Below, one piece after another: positions 1-14,014 of a stretch of 64,000 bases of DNA. Each line of letters begins with the position of its first letter. Positions within the stretch are counted from its first letter, which is position 1. The stretch comes from Eledone cirrhosa (lineage: Eukaryota). The notes beneath the pieces are model-generated. The model ran no database searches and was not told where the DNA came from. It saw only the letters and a program-made list of their open reading frames with translations. The position numbers and the translations under genes were made by a program. The stretch covers positions 17,112,001 to 17,176,000 of the forward strand of contig OZ024748.1 in NCBI GenBank assembly GCA_964016885.1. The letters are read 5' to 3'.

Positions 1-389
1 CAAACCAGCTGTAATCGGCCACACATACTGATGTTAAGGTATTATTCTCAAAATAAATAATATCAAAATCTCATAGATTAGATATTATGTCAGATAATCA
101 TGTGAGGTAAAGACTTTACCATGAAAATATAATAATAAATATAGAGTAATATAAATTGGCAGTATCGGTAGAGGGTCGGACGCCATGCTTTCCAGCATAG
201 TTACGTCCCTTTACGATCTGAGTTCAAATCCTGCCGAGGTTGACTTTGCCTTTCATCCTTACGGGGTCGATAAAATAAAGTACCAGTAATGAACTGGGTT
301 ATTGCTGCCCTTGTGCCTAAAGTAGAAACAAATATAAATGCCATGAAAATATAATAGTTTATAGAGTAATATAAATGCTAAAGAGTTAA
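1..389 (-). mobile_element. piggyBac-type MITE family P1 (cut by window edge), interrupted by a SINE
   Basis: Reverse complement of the body at 2121-2471; ends TAAATGCTAAAGAGTTAA; ccatgaaaatataat...agagtaatataaat is present on both sides of the SINE (about 119-156 and 341-376). Confidence 0.75.
156..331 (+). mobile_element. tRNA-derived SINE family A (Nin/Deu-like central domain)
   Basis: A-box-like TGGCAGTATCGG, B-box GTTCAAATCC, core GCCTTTCATCCTTACGGGGTCGATAAAATAAAGTACCAG; more than 15 copies in the window. Confidence 0.85.
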
Positions 390-540
390 AGGTGATGTAT
401 TGGGTGAGTAAGGCAGTGAATTGGCAGAGTCATTAGATAATCTTATATTCATTTTCCCTTAAAAAAAAGGCACTAGAGCTTATTTTGGGGCGTAGGGTTT
501 ATATTTTTACACAAAATATAGCAGCTCAAGAGTTTGATAA

Positions 541-880
541 AATTGGCAAATTGGCAGGGTTGTTAGAATGTCAGATGAAATGCGTTGCAGTATTCGTTCT
601 GGCTCTCTGCTCTCTGAGTCCAAATCCTACTGAGGTTAACTTTGTCTTTCATCAATTCAAGGTCGATAAAAAAAGTACCAGTCAAATACTAGGATGGATT
701 CTTCCTCTGTATGTCTTTTTCATTTGCATTCTTTCATTCACTCTCTCTCTCTTTATACTTTTCTGGAAGAAATCTACTATCTTCAGGCCTGGAAAGGAGA
801 TGGACTCTGCCAGGTTTAAAAATGCCATATGTCAATGTGGTGCTCCTAAGACTTCCACAGGAGTTACAGGACCATGCAGG
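541..880 (+). mobile_element. Old SINE A-like copy with a long alternative 3' region
   Basis: Degenerate head and core up to about 690; the following 200 bp recur inverted at 1866-2073. Confidence 0.55.
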
Positions 881-1865
881 CATTGGGTGAGTCATTAGGG
901 CATTGGATTAAAAATATCTCAACTTGTTTTGGCTCACCGCTATTTGAGTTCAAATCCTGCCATGATCAATTTTGTTTTTTTAAATTTTATCCTATTGAGG
1001 CCAATAAATAAAATACCAGTTATATACTGGGGTTCTGACGGGGTTAATTCTTTTATATTTCTTTTGCTCTCTCCTTTTATCTCTTTCTCTCTGTGCTTAG
1101 ACATCTGGTTTAAGGTCTTTACTTGTCACAAATATTAGATGTTTCAATAGTCTCTTTTGAAGCATCTCATCAGAGTGTTCGTTCCAGGGATAGGTTTTGG
1201 TCCAGGTTCCAGGGATAGGTTTTGGTCCAGGTTCCAGGAATTAACAAATTAAATATTTTCTGCTTTTTGCCTTGGTATCCAGCAATTGGAGATGGTTGTT
1301 TCTAATAGGAACCACTAGGAGTGTTTGAGGACTCTGGCCCTCACGACCCTCTCAGGAATGTGGGTGAAGAATAAGAATAAAACTAAAGAATTACAGGATA
1401 TAAAGAGTTAAGCAGCTTGAAAGATTTACTTCCAACAGGGAATTGCAATGCTGATCTATGTCCTGATTTCTCAAGAGTTTACTGTCTATACAATAATCTT
1501 TATATTCTATGTCTAATAGTGAATATTTTCAGTGTTAAATATTTAATAAGTAAACTTGTGAGTTTTATTTTACTACTAAATAATTAACGTCTTAATGTGT
1601 TAGCCAAATTCTTCTGCTAATACCTGCCAGATTCCTTTAAAGTGGTTTTCAATAGCTAATATATGGCTTATTATTCTTTTATAATCTGCCTAGTAAGAAT
1701 TAAAAATGTTCTTAGGAAACTTTGGATGGTGAAGTCTCCTCGCTGAAAGTTTGATTGCTGGTGATGTTTAAAAAAAAATAATAAAGAAATAAATTTTCAG
1801 TGAAAAAATATAATTCTCACCCTGGGGTCATTTCTCAGCTTAAAGGAATGTAAACCTATGGATTC

Positions 1866-2073
1866 ATGCATGGTTCTGTAACTCCTGAGGAAGTCGTAGA
1901 GGTCCCGTATTGACATACAGTGTTTCTTAGGCATTTTTTAAAACCTGGCAGAATCCTTCCCTCTCCAGGTTTAAATACAGAAGATTTCTTTCAGAGAATG
2001 ATTGAAAGAGTGAAAGAAAGGAAGTGAGAAAGATATAAAGGAAGAATCAACCTCCAGTACTACACTGGTACTT
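1866..2073 (-). mobile_element. Inverted diverged copy of the 676-880 SINE tail
   Basis: gcatggttctgtaactcctg, ggcattttttaaaacctggcaga and ctggtactt match the reverse complement of 676-880. Confidence 0.6.
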
Positions 2074-2120
2074 GTGGATTATTGATGGACAAATTTTACA
2101 GCAATGTAAAATGTTTCTGT

Positions 2121-2471
2121 TTAACCCTTTAGCATTTACATTACTCTATATATACTCTATATATACTATATTACATTACTCTATATATACTATATTACAT
2201 TACTCTATATTACATTACTCTATATATACTATATTACATTACTCTATATATACTATATTACATTACTCGATATATACTATTATATTTTCATGGTAAAGGC
2301 TTTATCTCACATAATTATCTTACATAATATTGAATCTATGAGATTTTGATATTATTTATTTTGACAACAATACTTTAACACCAGAATGAGCAGTTGATTA
2401 CAGCCAGTTAGAACAGAAAGAGGTGAGAGAACTGTGGCTGGATATGACCTGTTTAAATGCTAAAGGGTTAA
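2121..2471 (+). mobile_element. piggyBac-type MITE family P1 with an internal 24-bp tandem expansion
   Basis: TTAA-CCCTTTAGCATTTA ... TAAATGCTAAAGGG-TTAA terminal inverted repeats; ttactctatatatactatattaca-type repeats at 2141-2283. Confidence 0.85.
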
Positions 2472-2728
2472 TACATTTGGAAGTATATGAATCCTCAGTG
2501 GAAGTTAACTGGTGGTGGTGGTGGAGGAGGTGTCTATGATAGTTTTGTGGAAGATAATGGAAGTATATTTCTTGGGTTAAAACTCTTTAGCTAACGTTTT
2601 GCAATGGATAACACCTCAGTGAAAATCCTCATTGAAAGATTTCTTTCTTTTCCCCCATTTATACCTGGGAGGGTCATGAAAGCAGAGTCCTCAACTTCTA
2701 CTTCCAGGAGGTCCTGTCAGAAGCTGTC

Positions 2729-2952
2729 TTAATCCTTTAGCATTTATATTACTCTATATATGCTATTGTATTTTCACGGTAAGGCTTTACCTCACATAAT
2801 TACTTCACAGAATATCAAATCTATGAGATTTTGATATTTATTTTCAGAACAATATTTTACGTCAGTATGAGTAGCTAGTTACAGCTGGTTTAAACAAAAA
2901 GAGGTGAGAGAATTATGGTTGGATACAGCTGGTTTAAATTCTAAAGGGTTAA
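2729..2952 (+). mobile_element. piggyBac-type MITE family P1
   Basis: TTAATCCTTTAGCATTTA ... TAAATTCTAAAGGGTTAA with the same internal body. Confidence 0.8.
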
Positions 2953-3589
2953 ATTCACAGGTGATAGTTTAACAATGCAACAATATTCCCCACTTAAAAG
3001 ATCCAGATTAAAAAACTCCACAGCAAAAAATATTTTTAATCCCAAACTGCTTAATGAACACTTTGCAAAAGAATTTTATATGAAATCAGTTAATATTGCA
3101 AACATTTTGCATTGTAAAACACTTCAGTGAATGTGTTTCTCTATAAAACTTTTTAATCAAAAGATTTACAACCTCAGTTACCATTAACAGCTTAACCCTT
3201 TCATATTTTTAATGAAAAATGCTGTGAATAATTTTGAAAATCAAGAATTTTGAGATATTTAGTAATTTATCTAAAGGGCAAAGACACTCTTCAGTGACAA
3301 ATGATCACAAAATTTGCCCTTAGTTCTCCTCTGAGGTAATTTTCTGGGCAAGGTTGCTTGTGGATGACCAGAAATCACCCACATAATATAACTAAATTTC
3401 TCATTATCAAGTTGGATTTTGTAGCATAACTTAGAAATATATTCTTACACAAATTTGTATAAGATTTGCTGAGATTAATATAAACACTTTAAAATAACCA
3501 GTTTTGCATCGTAGAATGAGGATGGGGAGTTGCAGATGGTTGCATATCAAAAGGGATATCCAAATCCAAATCCTTCTCACTCATGTTGG

Positions 3590-4050
3590 AGGAACCCTTC
3601 CCTGGTTGATCTCCATCACTTCCTATCTCTGACCATACTGGGCCATGTGAGAGCGAAGGTATCTGGTTAGATCATCATACCATCTTGTCTTTGGCTACCC
3701 TCAAGTTCTTTCGACTGCTTCGGTGTCGACTCTGTTACTCTAATAGTCCACCTTTTGTCTCTGAGACAAGAAACAAAACCAAAAGGAATGGCAATGTAGA
3801 AATTCCTCACTTCAGAAAAAAACCATTTAGCAGTTCAACAAAATGGGAATGTGGTTAGAATGTTTCTGGAAAGAATCGCTGGACAGATTTTACGGGCAAA
3901 ACCAACCAGCAAGAGACCCAGGGGTAGACCCCGAGCAAAATCGTTGGATAACATCCATGAGCTTGATACAGTTGTTTCTGACAGGACCCGCTAGAAGGAG
4001 TGTTTGAGGTCTCTGTCCCTACAACCCTTTCAGGAATAAGTGGGCAAAGA
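3590..4050. mobile_element. RTE-clade LINE 3' fragments (minus about 3590-3760, plus about 3850-4050)
   Basis: 3850-4050 is the inverted homologue of 10285-10530 and encodes a decayed KPTSKRPRGRP...RW-type RT C-terminal motif. Confidence 0.6.
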
Positions 4051-4789
4051 CAAACAACAACAACAACAACAGCATCATCAAAGAGAGAGATCAATAAAAT
4101 AGATACCAGAATTATAAAAAATATCTATTGGTGGGGTCGATGTAATCAACAAAATCCTCTTCAAGATGGTGTACAAAAATGGCTGCAGTGTAATGACTAA
4201 AATCTGTGGCGGAAAAAAAACAAACTATTTTACAGTCTAAAACTTTGTTCCTGGAAAATTTAGTGATTTAATAGAAATATTTGCACTTTATGTCTGCTTA
4301 ACATTAATTCCATTTTTGGTTTCTGTACATTATAGTATTTTTATTGTAACAGTATTTTCAAAGGATTAAGCAGGCTTATAAATATTAAATCCATTTGTTT
4401 CCAATCTTTTATTTTTATTATTTTGTTTATTTCATTCTTCTTCTTCTTCTGATCATTCCTCCACCTCTTCTTCTACCCAACCCCTCTACCACTTTTTAAA
4501 CCTCCTCCGTTTTTGTTTTTTTTGCTATTGTTTGTCAGATTAATAGTTTTCCAAGTCTCATTTTTTATTTTTTCATTTTTTGTTTGTTTAATTTTTTTAT
4601 TTTCTCATTATTATTATCAAATGTCCCTCCAAAGTCTCCCCCCTATTGGGGAATTTTTCATTGTTATTTTTTTGTTACATCCTCTGTTTTTGTTTTTTAG
4701 ACGCAGAAATGCCCATTAGTACCGTCCTGTATTGTCCTGCACTGTCCTTAATGTCTACTTTATGTAAACCCTTGTGGTTAATAAAGAAA

Positions 4790-4823
<34 letters not shown>

Positions 4824-4860
4824 CATGACCAATAAAGAAAGAATTATCATTATTATGTAT

Positions 4861-5046
4861 TGGATTGGCAGTATCGGTAGAGGGTCGGACGCCATGCTTT
4901 GACGCATAGAGTTACGGCCCTTGCCATTCTGAGTTCAAATCCCGCCGAGGTTAACTTTGCCTTTCATCCTTATGGGGTTGATAAAATAAAGTACCAGTAA
5001 TACACTGGGTAATTGCTGGCCTTGTGCCAAAAGTAGAAACAATTAT
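4861..5046 (+). mobile_element. SINE family A
   Basis: Full head, B-box, core and the tail gtagaaacaatta. Confidence 0.85.
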
Positions 5047-5049
5047 TAT

Positions 5050-5522
5050 GTATTTGTATATATTTATATATACACACACCCACACACACATATATATATA
5101 TATACACACACACACACATATATACATGTGTGTATATGTGTGTATATATATGTGTGTGTGCATGTATGCGTGTGTGGGCATGTATATGTGTGTGTGTGTG
5201 TGCATGTATATGTGTGTGCGTGTATATGTGTGTGCATGTATGTGTGTGCATGTATGTGTGTGTGTGCATGTATATATATGTAGATATGTGTGTATATATA
5301 TGTATATATATGTAGATATGTGTGTATATATATGTGTATATATATGTACATATATGTGTATATATGTGTATATATAAGTATATATATGTGTATATGTAAG
5401 TATATATATGTGTATATATATGTATATATATATGTGTGTATATATATATGTGTGTATATATATATGTATATATATGTGTGTGTATATATATATGTATGTG
5501 TATATATATATATGTATATATA

Positions 5523-5575
<53 letters not shown>

Positions 5576-5596
5576 GTGTGTGTGTATATATATATA

Positions 5597-5638
<42 letters not shown>
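5050..5638. repeat. (TA)n/(TG)n/(CA)n compound microsatellite
   Basis: Direct reading. Confidence 0.95.
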
Positions 5639-5639
<1 letters not shown>

Positions 5640-5817
5640 TACTGTCTTTCATATGTAAATTTTTATTTCCTCTTCTTTTTTTTCATATATTTTTGTTGTT
5701 GTTTATTTTGATTATCCAGTAAAGAAGGGGAGGCAACCTTTGTTGTGACAACAGCTATTGCTATTGTTTATTCATAATTAATTATTTGTTCCATTGATTT
5801 TTGCTGATTGTTGGTAA

Positions 5818-5821
5818 CCAT

Positions 5822-5852
<31 letters not shown>

Positions 5853-6535
5853 CACATTTCCACTATTGTCATTATCATTGTAGTCATCATTATCATCATC
5901 TTCATCCTTATTACCATTGTCATTAGTGTCATCATCATCATCACCACCACCACCATTGTCATCATAATCATCATCATTGTCATCATAATCATCATAATCA
6001 TCATCATCCACATCACCACCGTCATCATAATCATCATCATCATCACCATCATTGTCATCATAATCATCATCATCATCACCACCATTGTCATCATAATCAT
6101 CATCATCATCACCACCATTGTCATCATAATCATCACAATCATCATCACCACCATTGTCATCATAATCATCATCATCATCACCACCATTGTCATCATAATC
6201 ATCATCATCCACATCACCACCATTGTCATCATAATCATCATCATCATCACCATCATTGTCATCATAATCATCACCATCATCATCACCACCATTGTCATCA
6301 TAATCATCATCATCATCACCACCATTGTCATCATAATCATCACCATCATCATCACCACCATTGTCATCATAATCATCATAATCATCATCACCACCATTGT
6401 CATCATAATCATCATAATCATCATCACCACCATTGTCATCATAATCATCATAATCATCATCACCACCATTGTCATCATAATCATCATAATCATCATCACC
6501 ACCATTGTCATCATAATCATCATAACTACCATCAT
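5818..6535. repeat. (CAT)-based 33-39 bp minisatellite (caccaccattgtcatcataatcatcat...)
   Basis: Direct reading; explains the D-rich, M-rich and I-rich ORFs. Confidence 0.9.
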
Positions 6536-6587
6536 TTTTGACAATCTCCATTTCCTAACAATCATTTCATTATCATTATCATCATCA

Positions 6588-6770
6588 AGGTTGCAGAATC
6601 GGTAGAACGTTGGACACCATGCTTTGGAGCATAGAGTTATGGCCCTTTACGGTCTGAGTTCAAATCCCGCCGAGGTTAACTTTACCTTTCATCCTTATGG
6701 GGTCGATAAAATAAAGGACCAGTAATGCACTGGGGTAATTGCTGGCCTTGTGCCAAAAGTAGAAACAATT
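6588..6770 (+). mobile_element. SINE family A
   Basis: Head, B-box, core and tail. Confidence 0.85.
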
Positions 6771-6872
6771 ATCATCATCATCATCATCATGAACATCACT
6801 ATTATAATGATACCAGGCTTCAAAACTTCATTATTCTACAAACTCCAACATATCTTCTTTCTTTTTCTCCCC

Positions 6873-6943
<71 letters not shown>

Positions 6944-6944
6944 T

Positions 6945-6997
<53 letters not shown>

Positions 6998-7174
6998 TTC
7001 TCCTCCTTTGTTACCCCATCCTCTTTCAGTTTAATGATATAGCTGAAAACATCTCAATAACAGGTTTGTTAATTCAAATGTTTATAATATTCCAATGGTG
7101 GACAGATCATTGTGAACATTTACAGAATCAGTTTAAAAACTTTACTATGTTATGTGATGTTGTCTTATTGGTGT

Positions 7175-8560
7175 TTTGTACATTTCAACAATGTTTTGAT
7201 AATGTAGCACAGCCTTAGTGATGTTTGTACATTTCAACAAAGCTTTGATAGTATGGTGCAGTCATAGTGATGTTTGTACATTTCAACAAAGTTCTGATAG
7301 TGTGGTGCAGTCATAGTGATGTTTGTACATTTCAACAAAGTTCTGATAGTGTGGTGCAGTCATAGTGATGTTTGTACATTTCAACAAAGTTTTGATAGTG
7401 TGGTGCAGTCATAGTGATGTTTGTACATTTCAACAAAGTTTTGATAGTGTGGTGCAGTCATAGTGCTGTTTGTACATTTCAACAAAGCTTTGATAGTGTG
7501 GTGTAGTCATAGTGCTGTTTGTACATTTCAACAAAGCTTTGATAGTGTGGTGCAGTCATAGTGCTGTTTGTATATTTCAACAAAGTTTTGATAGTGTGGT
7601 GCAGTCATAGTGCTGTTTGTACATTTCAACAAAGTTTTGATAGTGTGGTGCAGTCATAGTGCTGTTTGTACATTTCAACAAAGCTTTGATAGTGTGGTGC
7701 AGTCATAGTGATGTTTGTACATTTCAACAAAGTTTTGATAGTGTGGTGTAGTCATAGTGATGTTTGTACATTTCAACAAAGTTTTGATAGTGTGGTGTAG
7801 TCATAGTGATGTTTGTACATTTCAACAAAGTTTTGATAGTGTGGTGTAGTCATAGTGCTGTTTGTACATTTCAACAAAGTTTTGATAGTGTGGTGTAGTC
7901 ATAGTGATGTTTGTACATTTCAACAAAGTTTTGATAGTGTGGTGTAGTCATAGTGCTGTTTGTACATTTCAACAAAGTTCTGATAGTGTGGTGCAGTCAT
8001 AGTGATGTTTGTATATTTCAACAAAGTTTTGATAGTGTGGTGTAGTCATAGTGCTGTTTGTACATTTCAACAAAGTTTTGATAGTGTGGTGTAGTCATAG
8101 TGCTGTTTGTACATTTCAACAAAGTTCTGATAGTGTGGTGCAGTCATAGTGATGTTTGTATATTTCAACAAAGTTTTGATAGTGTGGTGCAGTCATAGTG
8201 CTGTTTGTACATTTCAACAAAGTTTTGATAGTGTGGTGCAGTCATAGTGCTGTTTGTACATTTCAACAAAGTTTTGATAGTGTGGTGCAGTCATAGTGAT
8301 GTTTGTACATTTCAACAAAGTTCTGCTAGTGTGGTGCAGTCATAGTGATGTTTGTACATTTCAACAAAGTTCTGCTAGTGTGGTGCAGTCATAATGCTGT
8401 TTGTACATTTCAACAAAGCTTTGATAATGGGGTGCTGTCATAATGCTGTTTTGCACATTTCGACAATGCTTTACTAAAGTGGTTCAGTGCTAGTGCTGTT
8501 TTGTACATTTCAACAATATTTTGATAGTGTGGTGCAGTCTAAGTGCTGTTTTATACATTT
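7175..8560. repeat. 49-bp minisatellite, about 28 copies (tgtacatttcaacaaagttttgatagtgtggtgcagtcatagtgatgtt)
   Basis: Period 49 (gtcatagtga at 7261 and 7310); degenerate edge units. Confidence 0.95.
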
Positions 8561-9124
8561 CCTCAACTATATGGTAATGTGGTTTCATGTGGTATATTAA
8601 ATGTTAATTGTATCCCTGCCCCACGTATCAAAAACCAATCTTGTCCCTGACAGAGAAATCATTATTAGTTGTATTTCAGTACTCTTATTTATACTGTGTA
8701 GTGTCACCGCATTACTAAATGCAGCTGTGTTTCTGCCCTTGTTACAAATATTTAGTGTGTAAAACATGGACTGTTCCATTTAGGAGAAACCATTCTCATG
8801 ATTTCTTATGAATGAAACAGTTCTAGTCCTCTAGAAATGATTTCTATAATAAAATAAATATGCCTATACTCTATTAATGTATTGAGTACCTTTTTTAAAC
8901 TGTAGTCACCTCTCAGTATATATCAGGAGTCCACGTGTATATATATATATGTTCATTTATGTTTAGTTGTTCACCACTAAATAAAACTGATCATTCCATT
9001 TAGTTAACCATGATGTAATAGTAGGAAAAGTACTCTACGTTACGTAACTCATCCAATGTTGACGTTGAATCCTGTGGTTGGTGATAGAATAGGGTTGAAT
9101 ATCAAACCAATATATATATATATA

Positions 9125-9313
9125 TAATTGTTTCTACTTTAGGCACAAGGCCAGCAATTATCCAGTGCATTACTGGTACTTTATTTTATCGACCCCGTAA
9201 GGATGAAAGGCAAAGTCAACCTCGGCGGGATTTGAACTCAGATCGTAAAGGGACGTAACTATGCTGGAAAGCATGGCGTCCGACCCTCTACCGATACTGC
9301 CAATTCACCGCCC
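9125..9313 (-). mobile_element. SINE family A (young) inserted in (TA)n
   Basis: Near-identical to the reverse complement of 12967-13155. Confidence 0.9.
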
Positions 9314-9334
9314 TTATATATATATATATATAAT

Positions 9335-9365
<31 letters not shown>

Positions 9366-10284
9366 TCAAAATAAGGGACACACATGACTAAAGTCTTAGT
9401 CATGCGGGCTATTTTTGAAACTATATATATATATATACACTCACACACATACATAAATATGAATAAAATTCATTTAATGTCTGTTTTCCGTGCTAGCAAA
9501 GGTAGGATGAGGCATCACAAACCAAGTCTGTATTTAATAGATCTTCATAGATAGGCCAGGTGCCACATCTGTTACAGACATTCCATCACTATACTGAGTG
9601 TATTTTGTATTGTTTCATCAGCTCTATGGAGGTTGTCATAAGCTTGACACAACTGAAGATGTCTCTCAAATCTTTGTTGGGCAAGTTTTTTGGGGCTTTT
9701 TCTTTGGCTGGAGATATATATTGAAACAAATCATTACTTAACTGAAGTTGTTATTGAAGTGTTGAATAAAATCGACAGCTACTCATTTTAAAAATTTCAA
9801 ATTAATCTAGTAATGCTTGTTTATGAGAATGGTAAAAAAAACAAATAGATTGAGGGATAGAGAACTAATCTTCTGGCTATGAAATACTGAACAAAAATCT
9901 GATGCTAGAGGAGGTGCATGGAAACAAGTAACCTTTCTATATGGCACCAATTTGTAAAGTTGAAGAAAAAAATATTGAAAATGTCTCATTAAATGACATC
10001 GCTGTAGAATAGACCTGGAGCTGTTCACTCACCAAATCTGTTTTAGTAACGACGTCGAAGAAATATTGCTGTTAAGTTTTTTTGAAATTTCTTCAAAACG
10101 GCTTCAGAGGAAATACAACTTTAAGAAAACTATATTATTTTCGATTTTTGCCATAAATTTCTCCATTGGCAAATATTTATCATTTTTAAAGTTAACTTTT
10201 CTCCTATTCTTATTACCTTGATTGAATGGGTTTGATAAACCCACAAATTCCAGGTTCTATTTTTGTATGTAATTTAAATTATAA

Positions 10285-10790
10285 TCTTCTTCTTTGCCTA
10301 CTTATTCCTGAGAGGGTTGTGGGGACAAAGTCCTCAAACACTCCTTCCAGTGGGTCCTGTCAGAAACAACCATCTCTAACTGATCTGGCTGGATCCTCAA
10401 GTGAAACCAGCCAAACCCATGGATGTTATCCAACCATCATGTTCAGGGTCTACTCCTGGGTCTCCTACTGGTTGGTTTTGCCCATAAAATCTGTCCAGCA
10501 ATTTGTTCCTGAGACATTCTAACGACATTCCATAGTATTGTAGCTGAGCTCTCTCAATTTGGAGAAGTAGCAGCTCTACCTGGAGTGACTCTCTGATCTC
10601 TGAGCTATGCTCTCTATTAAGTAATATTCCTCTAAAGACCCTTTGCAAGAACCCAATTTTGGCCGCTCGTGTTCACAATCATATTCTTTCATTCATGACC
10701 CTAGATTCATGACCCTAGATTCATGGCCATAGTTAAGGGTTGGCATGAATACTGAATTGAAGATAGCGAGTTTGGCCTTTACACTTACCT
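10285..10790 (-). mobile_element. RTE-clade LINE 3' fragment (decayed RT C-terminus)
   Basis: ORF 10397-10648 contains SSEIRESLQVELLLLQIERAQLQYYG, then a frameshifted KPTSRRPRSRP segment, typical of RTE ORF ends. Confidence 0.75.
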
Positions 10791-11100
10791 CCCTTCTTCT
10801 GATTCCTGAATGCTGAAGCTGACACATTACTGCAGGGATGAGTCTTGTAGTCCTAGACACTTCATGCCTTGGAAACCAGGGTAAGTACCGGCCTGATAAG
10901 CATCTAAACTTGAGACAAACTTTAGACTTTTGTTTTTAGATGTATTGGATAGATTGTCATAGTTGAAAACCTGACATGTCAGATTGACCTTATCTTGCTC
11001 TTGTGAGATCTATTTCATATACTCTTCATATACCATCTGCTCTCTTCTTTGATGATCATCCCCATAGATTAAATTTTGATCTATTTCAAGCTCCATGTGG

Positions 11101-11136
<36 letters not shown>

Positions 11137-11728
11137 CTATTGCAGATTTCTTTACTGTTAAATATTAACAATTCTCAGATTGCTTCTGTTTGAAACTTAT
11201 GTGTTTTACTTAAATTTATGATGTCAGCTTCTCAATCATAAAACCTTTGGATTTTGTTTTTGGAATGTTGGAGAATCTCTAAGGAACAGACATAAATTCT
11301 TTTGATTTTTAAACAACCATAACTTTGGAAGATTCTAAAGAACTGTAAATTCTTAAAAAATACAACAACAAAAATACAAACAAATATAAGACAAAGAAAA
11401 AACAACATTGATGCTTTAACTATAAAAAACGTTTTAAATAGATAAATTGCTGCACCATAGCAAATGTCATTTGATAGCTGATCTGTAATAATAGATAATG
11501 GTAAACTGAAAGAGTAAATGATCAATAATCAATACCATACCGGAAATAATTCTTTCACTGTTTTGTTATATCCCTTTATGAATGCACCTAGTACACTCTG
11601 TAAGATGTTAGTGGTCATGTCATGATAAGATGCAGCTAGTATAATCTGTAATGTAGATGATATTAGTATGAGCATTGAACCAGAGAAATCTTAGCTAAAT
11701 ATGAAACATGTGGTATATCTATGGTGTC

Positions 11729-12080
11729 TTAACCCTTTAGCATTTACATTACTCTATATTTACTATTGTATTTTCATGATAAAGGCTTTACCATTCATAA
11801 TTATCTCACATAACATCAAATGTCATGAGATTTTGATATTATTTATTTTGAGAACAATACCTTAACGAAAGTATGAGAGGCTGGTTACAGCTGGTTTGAA
11901 CAGAAAGAGGTGAGAGAATTCTGGTTGGATATGGCAGGTTTAAATACAATGAGATTTTGATATTATTTATTTTGAGAACAATACCTTAATGTCAGTATGA
12001 GTGGCTGGTTACAGCCTGTTTGAACAGAAAAAGGTGAGAGAATTCTGGTTGGATATGGCCAGTTTAAATGCTAAAGGATT
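11729..12080 (+). mobile_element. piggyBac-type MITE P1 with an internal duplication of about 123 bp
   Basis: TIRs present; atgagattttgatattatttattttgagaac occurs at 11825 and 11949. Confidence 0.8.
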
Positions 12081-12264
12081 GAGCTGTGACATCATCACTG
12101 CTAGGTAACATAATGACTCTAAAGTTTGTTTATTATTCATAAAAATATTGTATATGTTTTCATAAATGTCTCTGTTAATTAATATCTGTCTGTCTCTCTG
12201 TTTATTCATCTGTCCATCAGTCTATCTCTCTATCCATATATCCCTGTGTTTATAGTAACAATAA

Positions 12265-13155
12265 TAATGCACTGGGGTCGATTTAATCAGCTTTCCCCTT
12301 CTCTTCAAACTGCTGGCCTTGTGTAGAAACAATTATCATCATTATTATTATTACAAGGGCGATGGATTGGTAGTATCGGTAGAGGGTCGGACGCCATGCT
12401 TTGACGTATAGTTACGGCCCTTGCCATCCTGAGTTCAAATCCCGCCAAGGTTAACTTTGCCTTTCATCCTTTCGATAAAATAAAGTACCAGTAATGCACT
12501 GGGTAATTGCTGGCCTTGTGCCAAACGTAGAAACAATAATTATTACTATTATAAACGGTGGTGAATTGGCAGAGTTGTTAGAACGTCAGAATGTTTTACG
12601 GCATTTGTTCCTGCTCTCTGCTCTTGGAATTCAAATCCCGCCGAGGTCAACTTTGCCTTTCATCCTTTCGAGGTCGATAAAATAAAGTACCAGTAATGCA
12701 TAGGGATAATTGCTGGCCTTGTGCCAAAAAGTAGAAAACAATTATCATTATTATTATCTAACCCATTGTCTAACCCATGCTAGCATGGAAAGTGGACATT
12801 AAACGAAGATGATGATGATGATGATGATTTATATGGGGTCAATAAAATAAAGTACCAGTAATGTACTGGGGTCGATTTAATCGACTTTCCCCTCCCCCCA
12901 AATTACTGGCCTTGTGCCTATACTAGAAATCATTATCAAATAAAAAAACCATTGTTATAATTATTAGGGCTGTGGATTGGCACAATCAGTAGAGGGTCGG
13001 ACGCCATGCTTTCCAGCATAGTTATGTCCCTTTACGATCTGAGTTCAAATCCCGCCGAGGTTGACTTTGCCTTTCATCCTTACGGGGTCGATAAAATACA
13101 GTACCAGTAATGCACTGGGTAATTGCTGGCCTTGTGCCTAAAGTAGAAACAATTA
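12265..13155 (+). mobile_element. Tandem cluster of SINE A copies and fragments plus one RTE-type tail
   Basis: Copies at about 12357-12537, 12556-12742, 12832-12932 and 12967-13155, joined by (ATT)n. Confidence 0.85.
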
Positions 13156-13970
13156 TTATTATTAGTATTAGTAGTAGTAGTAGTAGTAATTTTAAGAATG
13201 GATTAGTAAAACTTAAAACTAAACTGTTTTAGAATGTAAAGTTCTGGTGAACTTCATCGTATTTTCTGGGTTATTTTGTATAATTTATAAGAATTCAATT
13301 TTCTAATGCTTCTCTTTAAAATATACCAATTACTCTCTCGATTTCTCTCTCTCTCTCTCTAGATGTTTCTGTTTCTTTATTTTTAATTATTAAATAAGAC
13401 TTCTCTTCTCTGAAAGTCAGGATGTTTGGCAGATATGCAATAATTAAAGAGAAGATCAAGTGGCCTATGTATAGATACAGAGACTAAGTGTCTCCGAATT
13501 TCGAAAATTATTGTTTAAAACAAAATGTAAAAAAAACAAAACAATTGATGACATTTTAAAAACAAACTCACTAAATTGATAAAATTTTCCAAAAAAAAAA
13601 AAGAAAAAGATTACATATATTATATTTTTTCGTTGTTTTGTTTTTGTTGTTGAGTTTTTGTATTTTATTTTTTATTGTTTTCTATTTTTATTTTTTGTAA
13701 ATTTATTCTTTAAATTCATCTGTTTGCTAAGATAGCTTGTTATGTCAACAGCAAACAGACAATGTTTCTCATTACTTTTTCCAGGTTGGCATAAATTTAG
13801 AGAATTTTAGATGATAGGTGCCAGTAGTGGTGGTGGTAGTGGTGGTGGTGGTGATGATGGTGATGATGGTGATGTTGAATAATCTGGGAAGTGAATTTAC
13901 TATAAATTATATAGCAAATCTGTGTGACACAGCTTTATTTCATATTCAACTTAGCTTCTACTTATCAGCA

Positions 13971-14014
<44 letters not shown>

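Noticed and set aside
156-240. tRNA genes at the SINE heads
   Set aside because: A/B boxes are present but there is no intact cloverleaf, and they continue into the SINE core and tail.
1125-1180. Minus-strand CTGATGA...GAAAC resembling a hammerhead
   Set aside because: Stem II is poor, there is no stem I partner and no proper cleavage-site pairing; at most a relic.
5768-6605. Asp-rich ORF resembling an acidic biomineralisation protein
   Set aside because: It is a (CAT)n-derived minisatellite open in several frames, with no signal peptide or splice evidence.
7175-8560. 49-bp array as CRISPR or a coding repeat
   Set aside because: Contiguous near-identical units with no unique spacers; the period is not a multiple of 3.
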